Assembly: GCA_904063045.1 (NCBI GenBank)
Contig: CAJFCJ010000014.1
Span: forward strand, 124,001 to 188,000
DNA: 64,000 nucleotides
From: Dimorphilus gyrociliatus
Lineage: Eukaryota > Animalia > Annelida
Direction: 5' to 3'
Shown one piece after another: positions 52,323 to 64,000 of the stretch. The translations under genes were made by a program, and so were the position numbers. The notes below the pieces were generated by a model. That model made no database searches and was not told the origin of the DNA. It saw only the letters and a program-made list of their open reading frames with translations. Each line of letters starts with the position of its first letter. Position 1 is the stretch's first letter.

Positions 52323-53553
52323 CTAGAAGTAAAAATTAACAAGAGCTGAGAGACTGAAGCCGAATAGGACGCATAAAATTTTCATAAGGTCGTCATTATC
52401 ACCAATAGCCTTGTGTAAAATTTCAAAAAAGCTGACAAACAGAAAAGTTCCTGTTGAAAGTCCCTGAAGAACTGCGCTCACCAAATTTAAACTGGAACTT
52501 GGCTTTGCCTTATTTCCTAAAAAGGTAATTACTGTACCAACTGCTATACCAACTGGTGTCATAATAGAAAAAGCTGCTATTAGCGTTACTATCCTTCTAG
52601 TATCGTTTGAAAATTGCTTGGTGAACTGAACGCCTAATGAGAATATTATTATAGATTTATGTAATAGGATAGCTATAGTCAAACTCCACATTTGACCTTT
52701 TTTATTTTGAAGACCAACAGCCAAACCTTCAAAAATCATGTGTAAACTCAAGGCCAAAAGTAAAACAACAGCTCTCATCCCACTCTGCATCGAAGACGTA
52801 GAAGGTGAAGGAGGAGAAGAAGGAGGAGGGGAAGGAGGAGGGGGAGCAATAGGAGGGGAATGAGAAGGGTGATGATCATGACAATGATGATGGGCATAGG
52901 TTTGAGAATGAGGAGGATGAGAATTAGATAAAAGAGAGGAATTATGGTCGGATTGCTGTCCTTCAGCTAGGTTAACTTCAGTCCTTATCTCTGCTTTCAC
53001 ATTTTCATAAGAGGCCTAAAAAAAGTGAAAAATATGAAACACGTGCAATATTCAAAAGAGAACATCATATCAGTTAATAATCGATTAGTATCTATCGGTT
53101 AAAATTTGCTATTTTTGTATTACGTTGAATAAAATTACAGCGTACCTGACAATCCTTTAACAAAGGAGAATGCTCTCCACTTTCTGAGGGAAATAAATTT
53201 TTTGCAATTACCCATCTTCGTTGACAAACAACCGCTAAATTTTCAAGGATTAGCACTAGCAGAAAGCCAATAGCCGTTAAGAATTCAGCCAAAGGATAAT
53301 CAATTGTCAATCCATTAGCTTTTTCGAAGATGGCTAGTTGTTCATTAACTTCCGGTAAGAGGTGGAGAAGTAGCGTTCCTAAAAATATCCCACCAGCAAA
53401 GCAGTTTAAATAATCTATAATATTTTTAGAAGTTTCGTCTTTTATCCTTTTGTTCTTGAGCATAGTTAATGGTTTTAGGGGAAGAAGACCCATGACAAAC
53501 GATATAATAGAGATAAGTGAGAGGGAGAATATTTTTAGAATCCATAATTCCAT
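52323..53553 (-). CDS. ZIP (SLC39 subfamily II; ZIP1/2/3-like) zinc transporter, 2 coding exons (53553-53146, 53015-52323), 366 aa
   Basis: LNCFAGGIFLGTLLLHLLPE, His-rich loop HHHCHDHH, LALSLHMIFEGLAVG, AILLHK, SIMTPVGIAVG, LQGLSTGTFLFVSFFEIL. Phase-0 GT-AG intron. Confidence 0.93.
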
Positions 53554-53802
53554 TGTTTATTCTTTTAGAAGATGATTGTATAAGAGACAATTCAAAAAGC
53601 TTACTGAAAATAAATAAAGCCAAGTTAGAAGCAGTAAAGACTGAAATGTGATTCACTTGTTATCCTCATGCTTACAATAGGTGAACTTTGATCTTATCTG
53701 ATAAGTTCATAATGTGAAAACTCTTACGAAAATCATAAAAAAGTACGAATATATTTATAGTATATAGTATGTATACAGTATATATATATTTATTTATTCA
53801 TC

Positions 53803-53807
53803 TATCA

Positions 53808-53844
<37 letters not shown>

Positions 53845-53845
53845 C
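53803..53845. repeat. (TCTA)n microsatellite
   Basis: Direct tandem units. Confidence 0.85.
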
Positions 53846-55065
53846 CCAACCATCCATCCATTCTTATACATATATATAGATATATTTATATATATTTATA
53901 TATGTGTATCTGTCTATCTCTCTATCCAGCTAGCCAGCCAACCAGATAACTATCTAATCCTTTCTCTTTCTTCTCCTCTCATCCTCCAGTCTCACCTCTT
54001 CCTTTCTCACTATATTATTTACTCTTTGCCTATTTATGCCGTATCTTTCTCCTCACCCCACTCCTTGATATCTTTCTTTTTTATTTACTATCCACAACTC
54101 TCATACACCCAAGCCTATCTCTCCTTCTTTCAGCTCTTTACCGTTCTATGCTCTATTAGAAATCTCTTCTTTCCTATTATGCACGTGTCAATATAAAGGT
54201 CAGACTTGGCTGTTTTTTTTCTTTATTCAACCCTCTACTAATTAGAATTCTAGCAGTTTCTTGAGCGCAATCAATATTAAGAGCAATTAAGCCTATTTTC
54301 TTTTTTTATTATTATCGGCCTTGAAAATGTTTTGACTATCAAACTTTAAGACACAAAAAAGAAAGAAATCGTTATGTTACATGAGCACGTTAACACCAGT
54401 GTACAGATCTTGTAAAATTATTAAAAAAAACGCGTCACTCATAGTTAGATCGTGATTGAACAGAACGTCTAATAGACGCCTTCTCCCCTATTTTTCGCTT
54501 CAAATTACGGTTTTGATGGATGTTAGGAAAAGAGTCTTTAGGGGTGTGTGAATATTGAGAAAAGGTGGTGAAGGCGGGATTTGGTGACTTTCCTTTATAA
54601 ATCTTAATAAAATACGTAAAGCTAGAGAAATGGATAGATAGATGAGTGCAGAGATGAGTATAAGGAAGGAAGAGGGAAGAGGGAAAAAGAAGAACAAGAA
54701 GTAGAACAAGAAGAAAAAGATACGATGGGACAGTGTGGTCGACAAATATATTAATATAAATGACAAATATAACCCTATATATATATATATATGTATAAAT
54801 ATAGTATATACTTTCTTTACATTAAGAAAAGTAGAAAGTGTGAGAAAGAAACAAGGAAAGTAAATTATTAAAAAAAAAAATCGAAGCTACCAACAGATGT
54901 CGTCTAGGTAGCGAAAAGGGAAGAGATTAGACAAATCACTTTTTGCGGCGAGAGCGAGCATCGCGATGTGTTTGCTACGTCAATAAACAGAACAATGGCT
55001 GACAAAAAATGATGTAGAAAGCACCTGTGCATTTTTCATCTCTGTGGCAACGCTTTCTGATATTT

Positions 55066-55079
55066 GTTTCTATGGCAAC
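55066..55079. promoter_or_regulatory. RFX X-box motif upstream of the NWD-like gene
   Basis: GTTTCTATGGCAAC matches the X-box consensus RYYNYY-WW-RRNRAC. A half-site (TGGCAAC) lies at 55045-55051. The motif is about 250 bp upstream of ATG 55329. Confidence 0.6.
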
Positions 55080-55087
55080 GAAAAATA

Positions 55088-55094
55088 TTATATA

Positions 55095-55131
<37 letters not shown>

Positions 55132-55301
55132 GTATATATATATATACATCTATATATGAATATATACTAGTATATTTATATATAGAGATACAGTTATATA
55201 TATATTTATATATATATAGATATATATATACAGTATACTGTATATATATGTATAAGTATACATATTTATATATGTATATATATGCGTATATACATGTGTA
55301 T
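55088..55301. repeat. Long degenerate (TA)n tract
   Basis: About 210 bp of near-pure alternating TA with interruptions. Confidence 0.9.
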
Positions 55302-55328
55302 TGAAACTAGAACAAAAGCGGATTGGGT

Positions 55329-58300
55329 ATGACACTGGTAACCACTAAAAATGATAAGATAAAAGACGATAGAGCAGCTGTAGACGGTGTTCTTTTATCT
55401 CGAATTCAACTGTTGGTAATAAGCAACGGAGGTCCTGGTAAGAAACTTAATATTTATCAATATATAAATATATACTGTATATATACAGCCGCGGTCATAA
55501 ATATCTATACATGAAAAAAAAAATTTTTTTTTTCTAGAAAATAATTTTTTTTTGGATTTCTTCAACAAAATTGTTTGTTCTTTTTTTAAATATTTGTTGA
55601 AGAATATGTTATAAACCAGAAAATGGATTTAGTTTACTGAAAAAAATATTCTTATATAAAAAAAAGAATGTTTTTTAATTCTATGTTTATTTATCATTAA
55701 AAATAGTCCCAAAAAAAATGGCCAAAAATATTTATATAAATTTAATTACATAGTTTGTCAAGGTTTTTTTTCTAAATTTTTGCGTTTTGTCTCAGTCTAA
55801 AAACTACTTTTTAATTCTGTTTCCTTTATTGATAATAACTTGCCAAACTCTCTCCCCGATTCCTCTATATAAATTTTTCACAAAATCTCTATTGCTTGTA
55901 TTGATTTTGTCCACCTCTTCCTGTATCCTGTCCCATAAATGGTCAAGGGTTTTTGGTGTTTGAATTTCATACACTTTAATTTTTAAATAACCCCACAAAT
56001 TCTCTATGGGGTTGAGGTCTGGAGAGTATGGAGGCCAATCAAGGACTTGAATTCCATTCTCCTCCAGGATATCCATTGTTACTCTGGCAGTGTGTGGGGG
56101 TGCATTATCCTGCTGAAAGGTGAAGTTTTCTCCAAATTTTTCCTTCAAAATTGGGAAAACTGTTCCCTGAAGAAATTCGGCATAAATCTCTCCAGAGATG
56201 TTGGAGGGAAGTCTTTGGATAAAAACTTCACCATCTGAGGATATACACCCCCACACCATCACTCCTCCTCCACCAACTGGAAGCTTATCTCTAAAGAGCC
56301 TTGGCCTGTCATTGAGCTGCCAGGTTAACAGATGATTGGGACCATCCAGCGAAAACCTGGACTCATCTGTGAAGACCACATTTTTATATTCAACTTGGCT
56401 CTGAATCCATCCACCCAGTATATTTAATCGTGTGGTTTTTGCTCTTGCTGACAAAGGGCATACCTTCAAAATGGGCAGATACTTTGCTCCATTTTTATTT
56501 AGAATCCTTCTAATGGTTCTTTCAGAAAGATCCAGGCTTAAGTTATCCTTAATTTTTTTAGCAGTTGCCAACTCTCTTTTTTCCTGTAATCTTATGCATT
56601 CTCTTTTAATTAGTGACTTCAGTCTTTCACTGGCTTTGGATGGTCTTCCCCTTTTGTCAGGTTTTCCTGCTCTTTTGTTCTCACAGATATACAGGAGTGA
56701 AGGTTTTGGGATATTTAAGTCTGCCTCAAGTTCTTTATAGGTCATTTCAGCTTTTTTCGCCCTTGCTAGCTCTCTAATTTGAGAATGATATTTCATTTTG
56801 ACAAAGAAATGTAAGTAATTATCTGCTGAGTCAGATTTGTTCTAAATTCAAATGTTCTAAAAACTATTTAGACAAAAAACATGTTTTTATAGATATTTAT
56901 GGCCATTTTTAAATTATATAATTTAATTGCAAAAAGCACTTGTTGTCTAAAATTAAAAAAAAAAAGTACTTTTAAAAGCTGAAAAAAACAAATGTTGTAT
57001 GAAATTACATAAAATACCCTTTAAACAACATCATTCTATTTAAGAAAAATAATTTTATTTCTCAAAATTAGAGAAAAATGAGTTTTTAAAAAAAATATTT
57101 TCTTTTTTTTCATGTATAAACATTTTTGACCGCGGCTGTATATATATATATAAAATCCTATATATATATATGTATACTTATGTACAGTATACATATATAA
57201 AATAGACTGCCTTTCACCACTATTTGCACAATTATCGTTATTATTGGTAGGAAAATGTTTCCACTTTTGCGCTTTTTATTGTTTACGTGACTCTTTACGA
57301 AGCGGCGAAACGCCTATAAACAATAGGTAAAAGTCGCGGAATAAAAGTAAGAATATTACCGAATAGACGACAGGAGAGGAGAAAAGGGGAGAAGAGAAAA
57401 GAGGAAAGAAGAGATTGCATTAGCGTTCTTCGTAAATGAAATAACGTCTCATCTCTATATTTTTATTATAGTCTTAAATGTTAAATTGGAGAGTAGCAAG
57501 TATCAGCAACAACTATAATAATAGCGCAATCATCATTATCACGTACGTCATCAGTAAAGTAGCATGATCTTTCAACAAGCTACTAGTAGTTTTAATGCTA
57601 ATCTTCATAAAGAGAATGAGTTATAACACAGTTTTATTATAATATTAAATAGACAATGTAATGTTTTCTAACAATTTCTATCACGCACTTTAAAAACGAA
57701 ACTAATAATGCTTCGGTTCCTGTTCCACCTCCGCCCTTCCTTCCCCTTTTCCGTCTCGCTCGTTTCCTATTATCTCCTATAATTCTTGCAATTCCTATTC
57801 GCAGAATTTGGATTGGAGAGGCACAAATTATGGAACGATTGCCTACCTGAATTGCAGCAATTTTGTTTGCCATTGAACATTGAAGTAGAAATAAGCGATA
57901 TAAATTTTGGTTTAAGTAAAGATTTGTCGAATTATCCTCAACTTTTGAATGATTTTATCGAAGAAATATTAAAGGTCGAAAGCTCATCCTGCCTGAAAGT
58001 TTGTCTGGTAAATTAATTATACTTTTATTGAAGCATAATTCTGCACTGAATTAGTTGTACTCATTAATGTCGAAAAAGATGTATGTAAATACTATTTTAC
58101 AGATATTATTGGGTGATAAATACGGTTGTGGTGCTTTACCGCTTACAATTTCCAACGAATTATTTCAAGGTGTTTGCAACGAATTAACGAATAATATAAA
58201 TGGTTTGTATTCGAATTATTTCCCTCTCTCTCTCTCTCTTTCTCTCTATACACTTCCTCCCTTCCCTTACCTTACTTACCCGCCTACCCTCTGTTAAATT

Positions 58301-61300
58301 TCGCGTCATTCCCTCTCCCATCGCAAACTTCTTTTATATATTTTTACTGTCTCCCTAATCGAATTAATTACGTTTACAGATACAAACTTTCTAAAGGACT
58401 GCTATATACGAAGTGAACTATCCAATTCCGTAAATTACAGACTGAGAAAGCGAGTAGAAAGATGGCGAAACCCTACAGGGTGAGGGATAAAAAATTAATT
58501 AAAATCTTTTTTCCCACTGTACACTATGACAGAATAGGCGAAATAGACATAATACTAAATGAGACAGTATATGACTACATGTTTATATATATTTTATAAG
58601 GTTAGAGATAAATAAACACGCCAACGCCGAAGCATATGCATAGACAAATAGTCACTGAGGTAAAAAATATTACGTTTGTTTTTACAGCCTAGTGCAAGCG
58701 TCTATGGAGACGCTGTTCTTCTTTTTTTTGTTCATTTATTAACGTGAATATAAACAGTAGATAAAAATAGTTATACTATATTTAGGAACCTACTAAAGGA
58801 GGAAAGAAAGAAAAAAAGCAGTTCCCATTTCTTTTGATGATTCTTTTTTTGTACCAAAATCTTTGTTTATAGTCGATTTTCATTGCATTGATTGGAAGCA
58901 GGCAAGGATCAAGTTTATATTTTAATGATAGTGTATTATATACAATATATACAGTATATAGTATAAATGCAGTATCTACGTCCAAAAACACGAAACTAAC
59001 GTGATTAGTAACAAAAATAGGCAAGTTTCCAATTAAGCATCCTATCGACAATTAATTACAACGTGATATTTTGCTTTGCTTCCATAATATTAATAATTAT
59101 TCAATGCATAAATATACAAAAAAATAACGCATTATTCCCTATTCATTCTGGGAAAATACAAGGAAAAGAGAATAGTAGCTTCAATACCAAATACACAATA
59201 TACAATGCATATAAATTTACTAAGTAACTAAGAGAAAAGAGAAAAAACCAAGGGAAAAAAACATGAAAGAACGCAAGAGGAAGGGAGCGATATGAAAACC
59301 TACCCAGGGTAGGTAATGTTGTTTAGGTGGGGAGTTAAGAAGGGGAGAAGAATAGAAAAGAGGAAAAGTGAAAGAGAGAAAGCAAGAAAGTAAGAATGAG
59401 TGAATGAATAAACGACTATGTATAATAAGAATAGAGGAGGAGGGGCATAAAATAAAGAGGGAAGAAAGAAAAGCTAAATAAAGCAAAGAAAAGCCAATAC
59501 ACTAATATGTATTATATATATATATATACTGTATATTGTATATAACAACCAATATGTTTATATATGGACATATATAGGTTGATGTGGTGCTAATTCTCAT
59601 ATTTGGATGAAGTACATGCATTTTTAATTCATACCGTACCCAAAGCTAACCGTACAATTATTTCCCACGCTCAGTCACTCAGTCACCTGCTTATGCATAC
59701 AGATATACTAATATATATATATAGAAACAGTATATAGAAACACAAATGTACTCCAAGGTATTACCTAACGTAATTAATGCCTCTTTTAGTTTCACTCACT
59801 TTCCTCTCTCCTCTCTAACAATTGTCTAGGATGGAGAGAGAGAGAGAGAGAGAGAAATAGCAATGCTATTTATTTCCTTTATAGAATAGGCAATTCTGAG
59901 AAATCGTATGAAAACTGGCAAGAGGAGGAATCTAAATTAAGACGTTTATTTACAAGCCATAAAGGCGACCAACTCAACAAACATCTGATAAAATCTTGTA
60001 AGTATACCATATATATTACACTCTATGTCAAAATCAAACCTTTAAACGACAAGACATATTTTTCCTCATGCATTAATGCATACACTGTACACAGTGCCTA
60101 ATCGATTGGCATTACACCTTCATAATTTTCTTCAGGTATAGAAAAACAGGTGAAAGCCGCCTTCCGCAATGACAACTGCAACCTAATAGCCGTGAGCAGA
60201 GTGCTTGAAAGTAAGCTTTGAATTTTCTTTTATCGTTGTTTTCAAGTTCTTCCTCTCTGTCTTTCTCTTTTACTCTCCCTCTCTCTTTTTACTGTTCGTA
60301 TTATCATTGCAACTATTTCAAGTCTTGGCGCATGCGCCTTTAAAACGAACTAAACCTCTTCTATTTACTCTGGCAATGACTATTTTAAAAGTTATGATGT
60401 TCTGTATATACAAATAGTATAAATACGTGTCTAGGTATGTATGTATGTATGTATGTATGTATGTATGTATGTTTGTTTGTTTATGCTATGGTAAGTAAGT
60501 AAGTGAGTGAGTGAGTGAGTGAGTGAGTGAATGAATGAGCGAGGGAGCGAGTGTACGTCGGCATATACTCTTATTATACAGTATGTTTATATTATGCTGT
60601 AACTCGTCTTTGATTTCTTTTTCTTTTCATTTCCTCTTGTTCTTTATCCCTCAACCTCAAATGCTCTTTCTCACATTATTCTCTATCATCTTCCTAATAC
60701 AGACATAGACATTAACGATACTCAGGCCTATAACTACACGGATTTGGACGGAAAATCGATTTGTCCTCAAAAGTCGCAACTTTTAAAAGATTTAAAAGCG
60801 TCTGTTAAGAATAAAGTGAAGCAACATTATTACCACGAATTCTATATAAACTGGGAAAGGAATGCTATCGATTGCGAAGAGTTTAAACAGCATTCAGATT
60901 ATCTCGCTAATTTTAACGCTTTCGTCGTTACTAGAGTTAGAAAGTTGATAGACAGATTTACGAAACATAGGCCTACTTTGCCAAAAAGAATATGCAATCA
61001 CGATACAGTAAAAGTTCTTCAATTAGAAAGCGATTTTCTAGCCAACGTTACGCAATATCGAAATTTAACTTATGAGCAAAAGTTTACTGATGGCAACTTG
61101 GGGAAGAGTCTATCGTCGAAATTGGAAAATACGTGTTGGCTTATAGAGGAGGAAATAGATTCCGGCAAAAGCGCTCTACTAGCCAGTATCTATTATGAAT
61201 ATTACAAAGATTCAATTGTTCTCGGGCAATTTATCAACGAACATTTTAGGCCTAGTCCTGCTGCTTTAAAGAGAAATTTCGAGTTGCTGTTGGGATGGAA

Positions 61301-61750
61301 GTTGAAAGAGAACTATCGTCTAGATATTCAAAGTTTACTGATAAAAGCGTCGGAAAAGTCAAAGAATGTTATCTTGCTGATCGATAATCTGCATTTAGTC
61401 TCTTCTCAAACAGATAGTAATCATGATTTTGAATGGATATTTCAAAAGTTACCAAGTTCCGTTCATATAGTGTGCTCAATATCACCGAATGCCTTAAATT
61501 TGAATGGTAAATTGTTCAAACGTTACTCTATCAATTTCTCAACAGAAAACGCCATTCAATATATAAAAAATACATTATCCAACCAAAACCGAGAGTTGAC
61601 TATAGAAGAGGACTTTTTACTGCAAAAGATCCTTAAAGAAGATGGAACCTGGTTCCTGGTTCAACTTTTACAACATTCTTTATCCAACGAAATAAATCGG
61701 TGAGGTTTTTATTCATTAAGTTTGTAGATAGAACGAAAGGTTAATTATCG

Positions 61751-61784
<34 letters not shown>

Positions 61785-64000
61785 TTGTAGCCTTCGAGAA
61801 AAAGATGACGACGCCGAAGAGACGTTTACGACGTTCTACGTAAAAGAATTGCTAAAATTCGTAGAAGAACAACTCGGCGAAGATCTTTTGGGCTTAATAA
61901 TCCAAACTATAACCGCTTCGGCCGTTGGCATAACCGAAGTTGAAATACTCGATGTCCTATCGATAAATAACGATGCTGTACTGTTGGCCGTACCTGCGAA
62001 TGAATTATCAAATTTACTGAGATTTCCTTTTTCCGTATGGCTTTACGCTAGAAAATACTTGAAACCTCTTTTTTCAACCTATCACTTTAAGGGAAGAGAA
62101 TTATGGAAATGGAGGAATGAGGATGTTAGAAAGAGCTTAAAATCATTATACTTTAAAACGGCTGAATCGTTTAAAAATACTCACAAATGCTTAGCCGACT
62201 ACTTTAGCAATAAATGGATTAATCATAAACCTTTGGTAGTCCCCGAAAGGTCTATTCAAATTATTGAACCTTACTCTTGTTGCAGATATTTAACTCCTCA
62301 TCCTTTACTCTATTCCGAATATTTATACAATTATAGACGTATTACAGAATTAGGCCAACATTTTCTGCACAGCGTCGATATTGAGACGGTTAAATGCAAC
62401 ATATATTTTAACCTGGAAAGTCTTATTTCATTAATACAAGCTCTGGGCGTTCATTTTCTTTTAGAAGAAATTGACCTTGTATTGAGACATTTCTTCGATA
62501 CGGAACTCCATGTACTTAGAGATACAATTATTGCTTGCCATAAAATCTTAGAGGAAGATACTTTGCAATTACCTGTTGAAATAATAGGCCGATTAAGGAA
62601 TATCGAATTCGGAAAGGACTTTCCCAACATCTCAGATCTTATGCTTCAGTGCGTTCAGTGGTGTGATTCGAATACGAAACCTTTGCTAGTTCCGCTTTCA
62701 TCGTGGTTGCCAGATCCTAGGCAGAAAACTTTAATTACGTTAAATATTCCATCGACGAAGGCAATTATTACTGGAGAAACTCAATTTCTGACCATTTCAA
62801 CTAAAGAGAATATTATAAAAATGTATCATATAGCCTCTAAACAACTTATTCGTTCCTCTTTTCCTTTAAAGTCAAGCGTTATCTTTCTACTCGATTGTAA
62901 AGATGACAGAATCGCCGTCTCTACCGCCGACGGAAGCGTTATAATATGGAATTTAATTAACGGCAAATTTGACGGTTTTCTTAAGCAATCGTCTCCAATA
63001 AGAGCCAACGTATTGGCTAACGTTGGCGATAACTTACTATTGGGTAATAGTGACGGTTCTATGGATAGTTTTAACTTGAATACTCTTGAAGTTGTTGACA
63101 AGTTAAAACATCATAGTGACGCCATAACCGGATTACGAGTAAGTAAGGATGGAGAATATACAGTTTGCAGTAAGTCTATAATATGTTTACTCTGTATGGA
63201 ATAAGTAACTTTTAAATGCTCTTTTTTTTTTAACCGTCTCTTAGCATCCAGAGATAAAACTGTCAAATGTTTATCTTCCGATAACTTGGCCGTAATCATG
63301 GAAATATCCGATGAGAATTTAAATCAGCCTATTATTTTGATGTCCATAAGTAGCAATAATCTCTTTCTAGTACTTTGTAAGTTTAATACGTATTGTATAC
63401 TTTCTCTTGTCTTTTTGTTATTTTTTTCCTTTTTTGATGTTATCCCTTTCTTTATCTTGCTTTCATCTATCTTTAGCTTATTCTGAGTATAGGAAGATTA
63501 TAAGGATGAGAAACATGCTGTATATGTATAGGTGTATATATATAGCGGTTAAAGCCATTTTTCATGTTTCCATTTGTATCTAAGGTCACTTTCAAGGGTA
63601 ATCCCTCTTATTTTTTATTGAAAGATTTAGGTAGACCGCAGGAAATTTCGTCCACTTTCATGAAGTTAAAGAATTCCAATAGGAAGCGGGTATTCTCCTT
63701 ATTAATTCTCCTTTATGCATACAGTGTTTAGTTATAATAAGTACTAATATTCCAATTTTAATAGGCATTCTCTCCAATGCCAGTCCATTTCTCTGTTTAG
63801 CGAGGATTTATATACGAGACATTAAATTATATTTTCAGTATTTTGCTGATGAGTGCACCTCCATAAATCTTCTTTTCTCGCTGGAAGCGCAATTGTTTAT
63901 CATAATTTTTTTCGGTAGTCGTTATCTCTTCTACTAGACAATGTTGTCAAATTGCTTTGATAAGAAATAATAGCGATTACTTTTGAAAGTGCATTCGGGT
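55329..64000 (+). CDS. NACHT and WD40 repeat protein (NWD1/NWD2-like), multi-exon, truncated by the window end
   Basis: Exon 1 (55329-55437) splices in phase to 57805, giving IQLLVISNGGP|EFGLERHKLWNDCLPELQQFC, a DUF4062/TIR-like N-terminus. It continues with LLGDKYG, a P-loop-like EEEIDSGKSALLA, Walker B VILLIDNL, GITEVEILDVLS..., YNYRRITEL, and WD40 segments (STADGSVIIWNL, GNSDGSMDSFNL, HSDAITGL). Confidence 0.88.
55486..57138 (-). mobile_element. Tc1/mariner DNA transposon (1653 bp), full length, in intron 1 of the NWD-like gene
   Basis: Terminal inverted repeats CAGCCGCGGTCA(T/A)AAAT(A/G)T(C/T)TATACATGAAAAAAAA at 55486 and ending at 57138. TA target-site duplications at 55484-55485 and 57139-57140. 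Encloses an intact transposase. Confidence 0.96.
55804..56796 (-). CDS. Tc1-family DD34E transposase (330 aa)
   Basis: N-terminal HTH region (GRPSK, LSERTIRRIL), then VFTDESRF, VMVWGCIS, FQQDNAPPH and WPPYSPDLNPIENLW. There are 34 residues between the second D and the E. Confidence 0.96.
   Translation of the reverse strand: MKYHSQIRELARAKKAEMTYKELEADLNIPKPSLLYICENKRAGKPDKRGRPSKASERLKSLIKRECIRLQEKRELATAKKIKDNLSLDLSERTIRRILNKNGAKYLPILKVCPLSARAKTTRLNILGGWIQSQVEYKNVVFTDESRFSLDGPNHLLTWQLNDRPRLFRDKLPVGGGGVMVWGCISSDGEVFIQRLPSNISGEIYAEFLQGTVFPILKEKFGENFTFQQDNAPPHTARVTMDILEENGIQVLDWPPYSPDLNPIENLWGYLKIKVYEIQTPKTLDHLWDRIQEEVDKINTSNRDFVKNLYRGIGERVWQVIINKGNRIKK
60435..60550. repeat. Compound (GTAT)n(GTTT)n(GTAA)n(GTGA)n(ATGA)n microsatellite in an NWD intron
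   Basis: Direct tandem units. Confidence 0.88.

Noticed and set aside
1-64000. tRNA, rRNA, CRISPR arrays or prokaryotic operon features
   Set aside because: None seen. Spliceosomal introns and microsatellites show the DNA is eukaryotic, and the repeats are simple tandem units without spacers.

Overview
This is AT-rich eukaryotic (animal, probably invertebrate) genomic DNA with very short introns (mostly about 50-90 nt) and abundant AG/TA/tetranucleotide microsatellites. It resembles a compact genome such as a miniaturised annelid, but the taxon is inference only. Gene models were assembled by hand from splice signals and phase. In order: an intronless ankyrin-repeat gene; a CYP4 tandem cluster (two intact genes and one partial pseudogene); a decayed SLC5 relic; two convergent SLC5A8/SLC5A6-like sodium:solute symporters; regucalcin; a gene-poor stretch of about 10 kb; and a class A peptide GPCR with a GC-AG intron. 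Three unusual genes follow: a secreted PA + F5/8C/F-lectin-like + PAN-like mosaic, a beta-lactamase/DD-peptidase-family serine hydrolase with intact SxxK/YSN/HTG motifs and C-terminal bacterial-type tandem repeats, and a nucleophile-dead GH27 + ricin-B protein. After these come a second GPCR, a ZIP zinc transporter, and an NWD1/2-like NACHT-WD40 gene that runs off the window. The NWD gene has an RFX X-box upstream and an intact DD34E Tc1 transposon in intron 1. The most interesting signals are the 41-49 kb glycan/cell-wall-interacting island between two GPCRs and the many TA-CAG/CTG-TA motifs that match excision footprints of the resident Tc1 element. All domain assignments come from motif recognition by eye, not database searches.
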